64,000 nucleotides of DNA, from assembly GCA_963693365.1 (NCBI GenBank), contig CAVNZM010000012.1, positions 3,485,617 to 3,549,616 of the forward strand, read 5' to 3'. The translations under genes were made by a program, and so were the position numbers. How positions within the stretch are numbered: the stretch's first letter is position 1; each line of letters opens with the position of its first letter. This document shows positions 19,290 to 28,546 of this stretch, piece after piece. Source of the stretch: Amoebidium appalachense (taxonomy: Eukaryota > Protista > Ichthyosporea). Under the pieces are notes generated by a model that saw only the letters and a list, made by a program, of their open reading frames with translations, had not been told where the DNA came from and ran no database searches.

Positions 19290-20048
19290 TTACGTGGACG
19301 GTGGGCCGGTCTCCTTCACCGCCGTGCCAAGTGGCGACAGGTACACGTCAAACTTGTCGCGGTAGTTGTCCGTCTCCTTCTGGTTGTCCTTCAGCCCGAC
19401 CGTCTTGACCATCACCAGCACGCGTGTCGCGCTGTTCGCAGGGAGCGTGCCCAGTGTCGCGAACGTCCCGGGGGCGGTCTCGTACTTGAGGGGCACCGCG
19501 GCCGCGGCCGTGTTGAACACGACCCCCTCGTGCATGGTCCCCACCAGGCCGAGCAGCCCAATGCTGTTGCCCCTGCTGTCCGCCTTGCTCGTGAACTTGA
19601 TGGTCGCGTCGCCAGACACCGTCACGGCGCCGTTGCGGATCCCGTCCACCGTGATGAGGTTGGATTGTGTGTCGGTCTTGACGCCCGGCGCGGGCACGCG
19701 CCCGTTGTGCAGCAGCGGCGTCCCGACCGCGTCGACGCTGAACACCGTGCGTCCGTCAACCGTCTTGAGGTTGAGCAGGTTGTCGTCCGTGAACACCTCG
19801 TGCGACACGCCGCCGCTGCCCTCCGTGTCGCGGTTCAGCTTCACCGTCTTGTCCGACGTCACCTCCGTCACCGTGAACCGCTCGCCCCCCACCTGCACGC
19901 CCTGCCCGACGCGCAGCTGGGCCGCGGAGCCGTTCGTCATGACGTTCTTGTCGATGGACCCCGTCGTCGGCAGCTTGATGCCGCCGGTGGCGTGCGTTTC
20001 GAAGACCGCGCTGCGGAGCGAGTCCATGTGCGAGGTCGTCATGGCCAT
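19290..20048 (-). CDS. beta-rich hypothetical protein, possibly structural (fibre-like)
   Basis: 252 aa, Thr/Gly/Val-rich, strong GC3 codon bias. Confidence 0.6.
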   Translation of the reverse strand: MAMTTSHMDSLRSAVFETHATGGIKLPTTGSIDKNVMTNGSAAQLRVGQGVQVGGERFTVTEVTSDKTVKLNRDTEGSGGVSHEVFTDDNLLNLKTVDGRTVFSVDAVGTPLLHNGRVPAPGVKTDTQSNLITVDGIRNGAVTVSGDATIKFTSKADSRGNSIGLLGLVGTMHEGVVFNTAAAAVPLKYETAPGTFATLGTLPANSATRVLVMVKTVGLKDNQKETDNYRDKFDVYLSPLGTAVKETGPPST

Positions 20049-20119
20049 CTTGCTGGTAGGCGGACAAAATAATCAAAACCGCCACTCGCGCAGACATTTT
20101 CGTGCTGCAAACGCGAGGC

Positions 20120-20770
20120 TCAGGGCTGTAAGTCAGGGATGGCTGGTTGGTCATTGTTAATTTGATCTGATTCATCAAATGATACTGCTATGCCGTAGAA
20201 TGGGCACACCAACAGAATGTTTCTTTTGTCTGTTTCCGACGCATCAAAAAAGTGAATGCGGGGTTGTCGGTTAGGAAAATGAAACCGATCCACCATTATT
20301 TGCCCCAGAGCCTCTTTCCATCGTTTCCCGCATTTTACTTCAATGACTTGTGTGCTGGTGAGGATATCAACGGGCCACGTTGGTGTCCGGACCTCCCTCT
20401 CCCCTCCCTCCCGCAGAGCCAATGCCTCTTGGATGGATGCCTCCCTGTACTCCGACTTGACCTTCCAAGCCACATAATCTATCATGTAGAATGCCAGAAT
20501 GTCTCTTATCCACGAACCTCTCAGGTATTCCCGGTGCTTTCCTTGGTAGTTTATCATGGTGCTGTCAATGAGAGACGCACAATCTTCCGTTTGTTTCTTC
20601 AAAACGCTTACTACGTGTTTTACTCTCTTCAATTTGACCCAGTCCGAAAAGGTTATGTTGTGGCGAGCAAGGTAGAGCGTCGCGTTGTACCAAACCTTGC
20701 CATCTTCTCGGATTTCCTTCATAGTAAGAAGCACCCCATCTTCCGTGTACACGGGTTCTATCCGATTCAT
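20120..20770 (-). CDS. KilA-N-like domain fused to a PD-(D/E)xK nuclease-like domain
   Basis: WYNAT...DW...RGSWI (KilA-N-like); TPTWPVDILTSTQVIEVK...WKEALGQI. Visibly lower GC than the flanks. Confidence 0.7.
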   Translation of the reverse strand: MNRIEPVYTEDGVLLTMKEIREDGKVWYNATLYLARHNITFSDWVKLKRVKHVVSVLKKQTEDCASLIDSTMINYQGKHREYLRGSWIRDILAFYMIDYVAWKVKSEYREASIQEALALREGGEREVRTPTWPVDILTSTQVIEVKCGKRWKEALGQIMVDRFHFPNRQPRIHFFDASETDKRNILLVCPFYGIAVSFDESDQINNDQPAIPDLQP

Positions 20771-20830
20771 TGTCGACTACCAGACTGCACTTCCAAACGA
20801 AGCCGCTGTCCTTTTATACCCATAAACGCA

Positions 20831-20920
20831 GCTAGACTGCAGAAGTCTAGCTAGACTGACGATACCCCGAGCTAGACTGCAGTTACTCAGTCTAGCTTCA
20901 CTGCAGTTACTCAGCCTAGC
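20831..20920. repeat. cluster of short palindromic GCTAGACTG/CAGTCTAGC repeats
   Basis: GCTAGACTG at 20831, 20850, 20871; inverted copies near 20844, 20888, 20912; CTGCAGTTACTCAG x2. Confidence 0.7.
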
Positions 20921-21178
20921 TCGAGGGCACATTTCTTTTATGGCGCGTCTTCGGCGCACAGCGCCGCCCCACGCACACACTGCACAGGCACCATCCTCCC
21001 GTTTCGATAGGGGTTGTCGATAACCCGCGCAGAGGTTAGGCATGGTGGGAAGGTTCAACAAGTTTTGCAACGTGCTCCTGGAAGTATTGCAGCTGTTGGG
21101 GCCGTGGGGGGAGGGGGATGGTTGGCTTGCTTCTTTTATTACGCGGGTTTACACCCACATTTTTGCCGCACTAGCCTA

Positions 21179-21421
21179 ATGGACACAAACTTCCTGGTCG
21201 CACTCGTCATCGGCCTGGCTCTCGGCTACTGGCTCGCGGTCCGCTGGTGCGTGCCTGCCTGCAAGCCCACACCCGCCCCGCCTGCCGCCCCGCCCGACGT
21301 CCCCAAGCAGCAGCCGCAGAAGCCCTGTCGGCGGAAGGCCCAGGCCGCACACGTCGCGCAGGCCGCACCCTCCGAACCCGCGCCCGCCGACGACACCAAC
21401 TGGGAGGGCATGTCCCTCTAG
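21179..21421 (+). CDS. small single-TM protein
   Basis: MDTNFLVALVIGLALGYWLAV followed by a Pro/Ala-rich tail. Confidence 0.55.
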   Translation: MDTNFLVALVIGLALGYWLAVRWCVPACKPTPAPPAAPPDVPKQQPQKPCRRKAQAAHVAQAAPSEPAPADDTNWEGMSL

Positions 21422-21846
21422 TCCTGCGCGCGCGGGTCCAGGAACCGCTTTGCGTCCACGGGCTCAAAGCCCCCCAGCTCCACCGGTGCTGCCGGCCGGG
21501 GCGTGGAGGGTTGCGCCGGGGGCGGCGCGGGGGTCTCCGCGGGCGGGTCGGCCGCTTGCTCTGAAGTCGGTGGCGCCGAGGGCTTGTCCTCCGTGTGCGC
21601 CGTGGCCGCCTTGCCCGTGTCCGTCTCGGCCGGCTTGGGGGGGGGAGGTGGTGGCGGTGGTGTCGCTTCGGGCTTCGATGCCGCGGCCGCCGCATGTGGG
21701 CCCTGGCGCCACGTCGGCGGGCCGCCACCCCCCGACCATTCGGGGCGCCGGTACGGTACAGGCCGCGACTCGCGGCGCGAAGCTGGCCCGGTCATGACTT
21801 TCCCAACGGCATAAAGGGCCATCGCCCCTAGAATCAGTTCCGCCAT
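21418..21846 (-). CDS. Pro-rich protein with N-terminal anchor
   Basis: MAELILGAMALYAVGKVM followed by a low-complexity tail. Confidence 0.5.
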   Translation of the reverse strand: MAELILGAMALYAVGKVMTGPASRRESRPVPYRRPEWSGGGGPPTWRQGPHAAAAASKPEATPPPPPPPPKPAETDTGKAATAHTEDKPSAPPTSEQAADPPAETPAPPPAQPSTPRPAAPVELGGFEPVDAKRFLDPRAQD

Positions 21847-22127
21847 GTGTGAGCCACAGAAAATAAACGTGCCCGCGCTGGACGACGCCGGCCTGAATCT
21901 CGGTCTTGAGTGCCCTGAGTTCCACGAGCAGCTCCTCGATCACGTTCAGCGTCGGCGCGCTGGCCTGCGCGGCCGCTAGGTCCGCCGCGAGCTCCATGTG
22001 CGCCTTGTTGCTGGCGTAGGCACACAGCACGCTCTGCGCCGTGGCCACGGCCTCGTTGTACGCGTCCAGCGTTGCCTGCGTGTTGTCCACGAATGCCGCC
22101 TTGCACTGGTCGCACGTCGGCATGGTC

Positions 22128-23099
22128 CTACGGTGGGGGCGAAATAAGCTGGTCGCCCCGCGGCTCCTCCGCGCGCAGCTGCTCGGCATAGCTGTCGAAC
22201 ACGCTCTGCACGTGCGCGCTCCGCTTCCGGCCCCAGCGCCGCCCCACGGTCCAGCCCGGGGCGCTGTACGGGTTCGCGTCCACGTCGGCCACCAGTCCCG
22301 TCACCTCGCCCTCGCGCACGCTGAGGTCGAAGATCCGCACGTTCTCCCAGCCCAGCTCGACCGGGTGTCGGAAGCACACGCACACGGGCCCCGGCGCCTC
22401 GTGGCCGGTCGCGCCCTTCCACGCGCTGGACTCCCCGTCGCCGTTGCCGATGAACACGTCGAACCCCTCGCACGGATACATGTACATCCGCGCCACCCCC
22501 ACGGCGTCGGCCACCGCCGCGCACATCTCGCCCGACGTGGCCCACACCCCCACGCGCACGACCACCTCCTGCACGTCGTCCCGGAACACCCAGAGCCGCG
22601 CCGCGGTCTTGTGCCCCGCAAGCGTCGACATCAGCATCTCGCGCTCGTACTGCACCGCGTCCCGCAGCGCCCACAACACCCCGTTGCCGTGCAGCCCGCG
22701 GTCCATAAGTACCCACGCCTCCACGGCCTGCTGCACCAGACGGACGCGCTCGTAAGGCGCGTACAAGGCACCGTCCGCGAGATGCACGTCCAGGGCCTTG
22801 CGCGCTTGCACCACGCGCGCCATGCAGTCCAGCGCCGCCACGCAGAGGTAGTGCAGTCGCGCACACGCGGGGACGGCGTCGTACCACCCGACGTCGTCCG
22901 AGAGCATGGTGCCCAGTCGCAGCGCCCATTGGTACACCTCGTCCGCGCCGTGCGGTACCCCTTCGGCCAGTCGCTGCTGCAGGTACGCCACTCCCGCGGT
23001 TACCGCCGCCATCCCCTCGTGCGCCGGCCACTGCTCCACACCCCTGCTAAACAGCAGAAACACGTCGAGAAGCTTGGATATGGCACACCCCGCGGTCAT
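22128..23099 (-). CDS. hypothetical protein
   Basis: Long ORF with coding-like codon bias; likely start MTAGCAISK. Confidence 0.6.
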   Translation of the reverse strand: MTAGCAISKLLDVFLLFSRGVEQWPAHEGMAAVTAGVAYLQQRLAEGVPHGADEVYQWALRLGTMLSDDVGWYDAVPACARLHYLCVAALDCMARVVQARKALDVHLADGALYAPYERVRLVQQAVEAWVLMDRGLHGNGVLWALRDAVQYEREMLMSTLAGHKTAARLWVFRDDVQEVVVRVGVWATSGEMCAAVADAVGVARMYMYPCEGFDVFIGNGDGESSAWKGATGHEAPGPVCVCFRHPVELGWENVRIFDLSVREGEVTGLVADVDANPYSAPGWTVGRRWGRKRSAHVQSVFDSYAEQLRAEEPRGDQLISPPP

Positions 23100-23115
23100 T
23101 TTCAGTGCTGACTCA

Positions 23116-23706
23116 ATGGACTTCAACAACCCGACCGTGCAGCTGCTTATATACCTGTCGCTGCTCCTGCTGGTGACGCTCGCGTACAACACACAGACCG
23201 CGAGCGCATCGACGTGCAGCAGGGACGTCCCGATCAAGGTCGTCGAGCGCCCGTTCAAGGAGCTGATGGATCCGCGCTGGAAGCTCGGCATGAAGGGCAA
23301 GTTTGTCGTCAACGAGACCACAACGAACACGGACCCACAGAGCTGCATCAACCGTGCCGACGCGGCGGGCCGCGCCGCCAACTACCAGTTCTCCACGCGC
23401 ACATGCACGATCGGGTCCACGTGGGGGTCCACGGCCCCCGACGTCGACTATGGATACTACCGCAAGCTCGAGAGCGTCGACCCCAACTGGGTGGCCAAGG
23501 TCCGCGGCGGCGGGTTCGACCGCCCGCCCGTCGTCGTGCTCGACAACAACGCGTGCATGAAGATGTGCCTGGACGATCCCTCCTGCAGGGCCGTCTCGTA
23601 CGACATGGAGTCGGGCGAGTGCATGACCGCAGGCGTGCCGGGCACCACACAGGCCCACGAGACGTCGCTCTTCTGGCGCCCGTGCCGGAACAGGAACGCC
23701 CAATAA
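23116..23706 (+). CDS. membrane-anchored or secreted PAN/apple domain protein
   Basis: N-terminal TM; two C-x3-(C)...Y...C modules, the second being ACMKMCLDDPSCRAVSYDMESGEC. Confidence 0.7.
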   Translation: MDFNNPTVQLLIYLSLLLLVTLAYNTQTASASTCSRDVPIKVVERPFKELMDPRWKLGMKGKFVVNETTTNTDPQSCINRADAAGRAANYQFSTRTCTIGSTWGSTAPDVDYGYYRKLESVDPNWVAKVRGGGFDRPPVVVLDNNACMKMCLDDPSCRAVSYDMESGECMTAGVPGTTQAHETSLFWRPCRNRNAQ

Positions 23707-23725
23707 ATGTCCGCCGCTCTATACG

Positions 23726-24130
23726 ATGCCCGTCTTCCCCATCCCGGTCATTGTAGTGTGCGCGCTCCTGACCGCAGGCAGCGTGGCGTACGCCGTGTCC
23801 CTGTACATACGCGACCGCGGTCCGCCCGTGCGCACCATCATCGACGACATCAACGATTCCTATCTGTCGCCGCGCACAAAGGCCCGCCGCCTCGAGATGG
23901 CCCGCGAGTACATGTACATGCACCAGGCCGCAAAGACGCGCCTCGAGCACGACGCCGCCCGCGAGATCATCCGCCTCGCCCTGCTCACCCAGGACGCCGG
24001 CCGCGAGGCCCGAGAGGCCATGGAGCGCCACCGCGAGCAGGAGGCCCGCAAGGCCGAGCGCGAGGTGCGCGCCCTGCGCACGCAGGAAAAGCTCAACAGG
24101 ATCCTCGGCGCCTGTGACCGGGCGGCGTGA
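23726..24130 (+). CDS. TM plus coiled-coil protein
   Basis: N-terminal hydrophobic helix followed by a charged helix. Confidence 0.55.
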   Translation: MPVFPIPVIVVCALLTAGSVAYAVSLYIRDRGPPVRTIIDDINDSYLSPRTKARRLEMAREYMYMHQAAKTRLEHDAAREIIRLALLTQDAGREAREAMERHREQEARKAEREVRALRTQEKLNRILGACDRAA

Positions 24131-24364
24131 TTTTTGTCTTGGGCGTGTGCATGGGTAAGCGACGGTCGAGCACACAACCGAAGAGGCACGCGCGTTCGGG
24201 TGCCAGGAAGGGCAGGCGGGCACGAGGGTCCGCGGCGTCGCTCGAGAGGTTGTGGCGCGGCGGTACTTCCAACCCGATGCACATCCCGCTCCTGGCACCC
24301 TACGCGATAGCCGTTTGAGCCCGCGCGAGCGGTATGCGCGAGTATTTTTGTAGCAAAACAGATA

Positions 24365-24820
24365 ATGCAACATACCCTATCCAAATCGGCCAAGGATAGG
24401 CCGCGACAGCCCACCCCCCAGGGTCCCAGCGCCACAAGACGGTCGCGCTCGCACTCTCGGCCCAGGAGCGGTGCGTCCAAGAGCAGGAGCCGCAGCAACA
24501 AGAGGAGCCGAAGCAGCAGCCGCAGTCGGAGACACGGTCGCAGCGGGTCCCACGGCGCGAAGCGCTTCTGGTCCATGGCACGGTCGGGATGGCTGAGCGT
24601 GCCGCTGATGGGGCCATACATGCCTTCGTCGGGTGCGGGCACGCCGTCGGCTGCTTCGCCGGGTGCGGGCACGCCGTCGGCTGCTTCGTCGGGTGCGGGC
24701 ACGCCGCCGTCGGCTGGGAGGGCGTCGACGACGCTTATCGATGTTGACTCCTACGAATATCCCCCATACTATGACCCCGCAACGTACGTCCCATCATACA
24801 CCGATTTGATTAGGCTATAA
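24365..24820 (+). CDS. Arg/Ser-rich basic protein (possible nucleic-acid-condensing protein)
   Basis: RSRS tracts; three 30-bp repeats at about 24625-24715 encoding S.GAGTPSAA. Confidence 0.5.
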   Translation: MQHTLSKSAKDRPRQPTPQGPSATRRSRSHSRPRSGASKSRSRSNKRSRSSSRSRRHGRSGSHGAKRFWSMARSGWLSVPLMGPYMPSSGAGTPSAASPGAGTPSAASSGAGTPPSAGRASTTLIDVDSYEYPPYYDPATYVPSYTDLIRL

Positions 24821-24833
24821 AATGACATCCGTT

Positions 24834-25196
24834 TCAACCCTTTTTATTCTCGTCGGGCTCGGGGCCCCAGATCGCCGCGACCGTGTCCATCTCGGTCGTC
24901 AGCGTGATGTCAAGCGACAGGATCGTCTGCACCGCAACCTTGTACGCCTCCGCCGGCGCGTACCCGAACAGGTGGATCCGCGGCTCGCGGTCCGGGTAGA
25001 AGTGGTTGCACGCGAGCGCGTTGCCGATCGCCGCCTTCCAGTCCGACACGTGGCTCACCTCGATCGTGTCCGTGGCCGTCAGCACGTCGATCCGCCCGGC
25101 CGGAGTCGGCACCTCGCACACGCCGTTCTCTATCATAGCCAGTAGGTCCCGGATGCGCACCTTGTCGTGGGCTACTACGTCTACCGCCTCGGTCAT
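24834..25196 (-). CDS. standalone PD-(D/E)xK nuclease-like protein (ExK lysine replaced by Ser)
   Basis: TPAGRIDVLTATDTIEVS...WKAAIG...FYPDREPRIHLF; paralogous to the 20770 and 28209 genes. Confidence 0.7.
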   Translation of the reverse strand: MTEAVDVVAHDKVRIRDLLAMIENGVCEVPTPAGRIDVLTATDTIEVSHVSDWKAAIGNALACNHFYPDREPRIHLFGYAPAEAYKVAVQTILSLDITLTTEMDTVAAIWGPEPDENKKG

Positions 25197-25240
25197 TATA
25201 TCATAGCACACGAAAATAAAACACGTGTGCCTCAAATGCC

Positions 25241-25699
25241 TCACGTGCCCCCTGCGTCACCACCCGCAGAGGCACGGCAACCTGCCTCAAAGTCCAATAC
25301 CTTCTTTCTGTTGAAAAGGTACGCCGTTGTTGTTTTTGACGTGGGGTTTCCTACTTTCACCATATCCGCGTTGACCGTCATACGATCCCCGAGAACCCTT
25401 CTAAGACATGAACCCAACCTTTTGGACCCCACCCGAACCAATGTATCCTTCCCCCTCGTGCTCGCCCAAGTACGCATCAGCTCCATCATACCCTGCGTCG
25501 TCACCCACATTTCGCCTTGCACGAGCTGTGGTATCGCAATACCGTATCCGTTTGCCATGTCTTTCAAGAACTGTACCTCCACAGGAACGGAACTAGGTTC
25601 TGTCACGGGAGGTGTTGGCCGTTTACCCCATACAAGTTGCATAGTATCAGGTTCCAACGTCACGCGTATGTTCAGGGCTGCTACAATGATCTTTGGCAA
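25241..25699 (-). CDS. hypothetical protein or fragment, resembling a helicase C-terminal winged helix
   Basis: FLKDMANG...LMRTW...GSKRLGSCLRRVLG resembles the C-termini of both helicases (FLKD..DH.NG...RNLGRALHQVLG). No ATG start. Confidence 0.45.
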   Translation of the reverse strand: MPKIIVAALNIRVTLEPDTMQLVWGKRPTPPVTEPSSVPVEVQFLKDMANGYGIAIPQLVQGEMWVTTQGMMELMRTWASTRGKDTLVRVGSKRLGSCLRRVLGDRMTVNADMVKVGNPTSKTTTAYLFNRKKVLDFEAGCRASAGGDAGGT

Positions 25700-25841
25700 C
25701 CTTGTTTTTCTTTGTCATATATATGGTCAATTTGATAGCTGTTCGATCTTGTGTCTAGAGCTGTGGTTGTAAAAGACAACAACAACAAACCACTGCAAGT
25801 GTCACAAAGGGCACACTTATTCTTGTTATCTGAAACTGCCA

Positions 25842-27842
25842 ATGTTGGGCAACTTCAAATATTATCTATACCTTAGAGTATGCCCCACAATGGCACCAAG
25901 TACATATCTGGACTTCAATCCAGAAAGAAGTACGGGGTTTCGGGATCCTCACTTCGGAGATGGGCAAACCAGGGACGCATCCGAATTGTTAGAACACCAG
26001 GCAATGTCCGCCTGTACAACACCTCGGACATTGACACGTTGCTCGGGTGTGAAACGGACACACGACCAGACAGAGTTGATGTTGCCTACGCACGGGTCTC
26101 ATCCCACAAACAGCGCACCGACCTCGACCGGCAAGTTGAGTATCTGCGTGAACGGTGTCCCAATCACGAAATTGTCACTGATGTCGGGAGTGGCGTCAAC
26201 TTTAAGCGCAGAGGACTGTTGTCCATTTTGGAACGGGCAAGCAAGGGAACTGTCAGAGAGATTGTGGTTGCCCACAAGGACAGACTGTGTCGACTCGCCG
26301 GTGACTTGCTGTGGTGGATTCTGGAAGCATATGGGGTCAAAATCGTGGTTCTCAATCACGCAGACGAGTCCAATACAGATGAACTTGCGGAAGACCTTAT
26401 CGCCGTCACCACCCACTTTGTCTGTAAGCATCATGGACGTCGCAAGTACGGAAACAAGTGCAATGGAACAGCGGGAAGCGGAAAGGAACGTCAAAAGACT
26501 AAAGCGCATGGCATCGAAACGCATGAAGAAAGAGCAGAAACTCTATTTGAAGGATCGTCTTAATGGACGGCCTCCGGAGCTTGACGATTATGTGGCCTGT
26601 GGAGTGAACGTTTTGGCTTTGCGGGAAAGGACCGAGCTTTTGGTCCGCACAAAACTCATCCGTGTGATCCCAACAAAAGAACAAAAGCGATGGTTGGTCG
26701 AATGCTTCGGAGTGGCAAGGAAGATCTTCAATCAATGTGTAGGTCTTCACGACCTGAAGGGAAGCATGGACAAAAACGAATATCGCAGGCAATTTGTCAA
26801 CAACAAAAGCATTCCAGACCACGAAGAGTACAAGAAACGCGTGCCAAACCTTCTTCGTAACGGCGCGGTGGATGATTTTTTCGGGGCCGTGGGTTCGCAG
26901 AAGGCAAAGGCACGTTACGCAAAGAAGAGGGGTTTAAAAGCAACCAGTGTCTTTGTCCGGTACAGATCCAAAAAGAACGGATATCAATCAATTCTAATAC
27001 CCCGCGCACTCACCAAGTTCAATGGTACACACGCCATTTTTGCCCCAACGATGTGCCCCGAAGGTGGGTATTTGAAACTTGCGGAGCAAGTACAGCCGGA
27101 TGAGATGGAAACAGATGGGCGGCTCTTGATGACCAGGGACGGGCATTTCTACCTGTCAATTACATATCGGGTACCGGGGGGTGATAGCCAAACCCCTCTA
27201 ACTGAACAACACGATAGGCGGATATGTGCACTTGATCCTGGTATTAGAACCTTCCAGACTGTCTATGACCCCTGTAACAAGGAGGTCACACACCTCTTTC
27301 CCGGGGACATCAAACGCATCAGTCGGCTGCTCAACCGTGAGGACCAGCTGAAAAGTCGTTTGACACAGACATCTGTTAAACACAAAAGTCGGTATCGGAT
27401 GAGAAAGGCCTTGTTCCGAATGCGCCGAAGGGTTCAGAACCTTATTGCCGACGCACACTGGAAGGCCGCTGGGTGGCTCACCTCCAACTTCGACGTGGTA
27501 GTTATTCCTTGGTTTGACTCTGGGAGTATGTCACGTAGGGGCAAGAGGAAACTTCGCAGCAAGAGCGTCCGATGCATGATGGGTTGGCAGCATGCCAAGT
27601 TTCGACAACGGCTGGTGTGTAAAGCAGAGCAACGGGGAACTGCAGTGGTGTTTGTCAATGAATCCTACACCAGCAAAACATGTGGGAGGTGTGGACAAAT
27701 CAACCAGGGTCTTGGAGGTTCTAAGGTGTTAAATTGTAAACATTGTGGGTTGGTCATTGACAGAGATGTCAATGGGGCTCGCAACATATTTATTCGCTCA
27801 TGTACGCGGCCCGTGGGCAGCCACGGGCCTCTGCCGGTATAG
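25842..27842 (+). CDS. tnpB: Fanzor2/TnpB RNA-guided endonuclease (true start uncertain)
   Basis: PTKEQKRWL..FGVARKIFN; RuvC-I ALDPGIRTF; Pro at the canonical E position (VVIP) with the alternative E in VNESYTSKTC; Zn finger CGRCG..CKHCG; RuvC-III DRDVNGARNI. Confidence 0.93.
   Translation: MLGNFKYYLYLRVCPTMAPSTYLDFNPERSTGFRDPHFGDGQTRDASELLEHQAMSACTTPRTLTRCSGVKRTHDQTELMLPTHGSHPTNSAPTSTGKLSICVNGVPITKLSLMSGVASTLSAEDCCPFWNGQARELSERLWLPTRTDCVDSPVTCCGGFWKHMGSKSWFSITQTSPIQMNLRKTLSPSPPTLSVSIMDVASTETSAMEQREAERNVKRLKRMASKRMKKEQKLYLKDRLNGRPPELDDYVACGVNVLALRERTELLVRTKLIRVIPTKEQKRWLVECFGVARKIFNQCVGLHDLKGSMDKNEYRRQFVNNKSIPDHEEYKKRVPNLLRNGAVDDFFGAVGSQKAKARYAKKRGLKATSVFVRYRSKKNGYQSILIPRALTKFNGTHAIFAPTMCPEGGYLKLAEQVQPDEMETDGRLLMTRDGHFYLSITYRVPGGDSQTPLTEQHDRRICALDPGIRTFQTVYDPCNKEVTHLFPGDIKRISRLLNREDQLKSRLTQTSVKHKSRYRMRKALFRMRRRVQNLIADAHWKAAGWLTSNFDVVVIPWFDSGSMSRRGKRKLRSKSVRCMMGWQHAKFRQRLVCKAEQRGTAVVFVNESYTSKTCGRCGQINQGLGGSKVLNCKHCGLVIDRDVNGARNIFIRSCTRPVGSHGPLPV
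25880..26563 (+). CDS. tnpA: IS607 serine recombinase/transposase
   Basis: MerR-like HTH (GVSGSSLRRWANQG...TPGNVRLY), catalytic YARVSS..Q..DL.RQ, DVGSGVNFKR, HKDRLCR, ELAEDL. Confidence 0.95.
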   Translation: MPHNGTKYISGLQSRKKYGVSGSSLRRWANQGRIRIVRTPGNVRLYNTSDIDTLLGCETDTRPDRVDVAYARVSSHKQRTDLDRQVEYLRERCPNHEIVTDVGSGVNFKRRGLLSILERASKGTVREIVVAHKDRLCRLAGDLLWWILEAYGVKIVVLNHADESNTDELAEDLIAVTTHFVCKHHGRRKYGNKCNGTAGSGKERQKTKAHGIETHEERAETLFEGSS

Positions 27843-27970
27843 GCCAAGGTTCTTGTAACCTTGCATGACCATGCCACTAGCCTAGCTCCTTTCATGACCC
27901 GTGGTCATGTTGGCAAGTTTAGGAAAGGATGGTAGGTTCAACTGTATCTGTCATTGTTTCAATTGCCGTC
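27800..27970 (+). ncRNA. putative omega-RNA scaffold plus flanking guide
   Basis: Hairpins GGCCCGTGG/CCACGGGCC (27808-27829), CAAGGTT/AACCTTG (27845-27863), CATGACCA/TGGTCATG (27864-27909); crossing pair TCCTTTC/GAAAGGA. Position matches TnpB/Fanzor omega-RNAs. Confidence 0.65.
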
Positions 27971-28209
27971 CTGTACACCTCTCCTGGCGCATAGTCAAAC
28001 AGATGGACCCGTGGTTGGTGGGTGGGGTAGTACTGCCTGTACGCCAGCACCTGTCCCATGGCGGCCTTCCACTGTGGAGCGCGCTTGACCTCGATGATGT
28101 CTGTGTCTGTGAGCAGGTCGATCCGGCCTGAGGGGGTAGACACTTCGCGTCGCCCACCTTCAATCCGTGCCAGTTTGTCGCTTACATACGCCTCGTTGTA
28201 GGTTGCCAT
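27919..28209 (-). CDS. PD-(D/E)xK nuclease-like protein whose C-terminus reads into the IS607 end
   Basis: TPSGRIDLLTDTDIIEVK...WKAAMGQVLAY...YPTHQPRVHLF. Confidence 0.7.
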   Translation of the reverse strand: MATYNEAYVSDKLARIEGGRREVSTPSGRIDLLTDTDIIEVKRAPQWKAAMGQVLAYRQYYPTHQPRVHLFDYAPGEVYRTAIETMTDTVEPTILS

Positions 28210-28546
28210 CACGGTGGGCCAGAAAAAAAAAAGGCTGCAAACTCCTGACCACACCAAAGTATAAAAGTCAGTGGTTCACAGTGGTTCTCAGTGGTTCTCA
28301 TTTTTCCGATTTCTATTAGTAAAACTCGACTGTTTGGCTTTTCCTGACCGAGCAGCCATGACGGCCTGGGCGTCCGAAAGATTTTCGAAGGCAAACCGTG
28401 TTATTGTCAACCCCATCCGTGATTGGAATTCGGGGAGTGTGCTGCGTTGGAAAACCGCCGATGACTTGTCGTGGCCTTCCATATCCGCCATTACGTAGTG
28501 TCCCAATAAAATTCGCGGGCCTCGGTAATAGTCCATCTGTCCAGGC

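Larger units (their letters stand above)
25764..27950 (+). mobile_element. IS607-family transposon carrying serine recombinase and Fanzor2/TnpB
   Basis: tnpA and tnpB genes are present. The right end is defined by identity with the copy at 62760. The left end is inferred from shared CTGT at 25761-25764 and 27948-27951 and is less certain. Confidence 0.85.
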
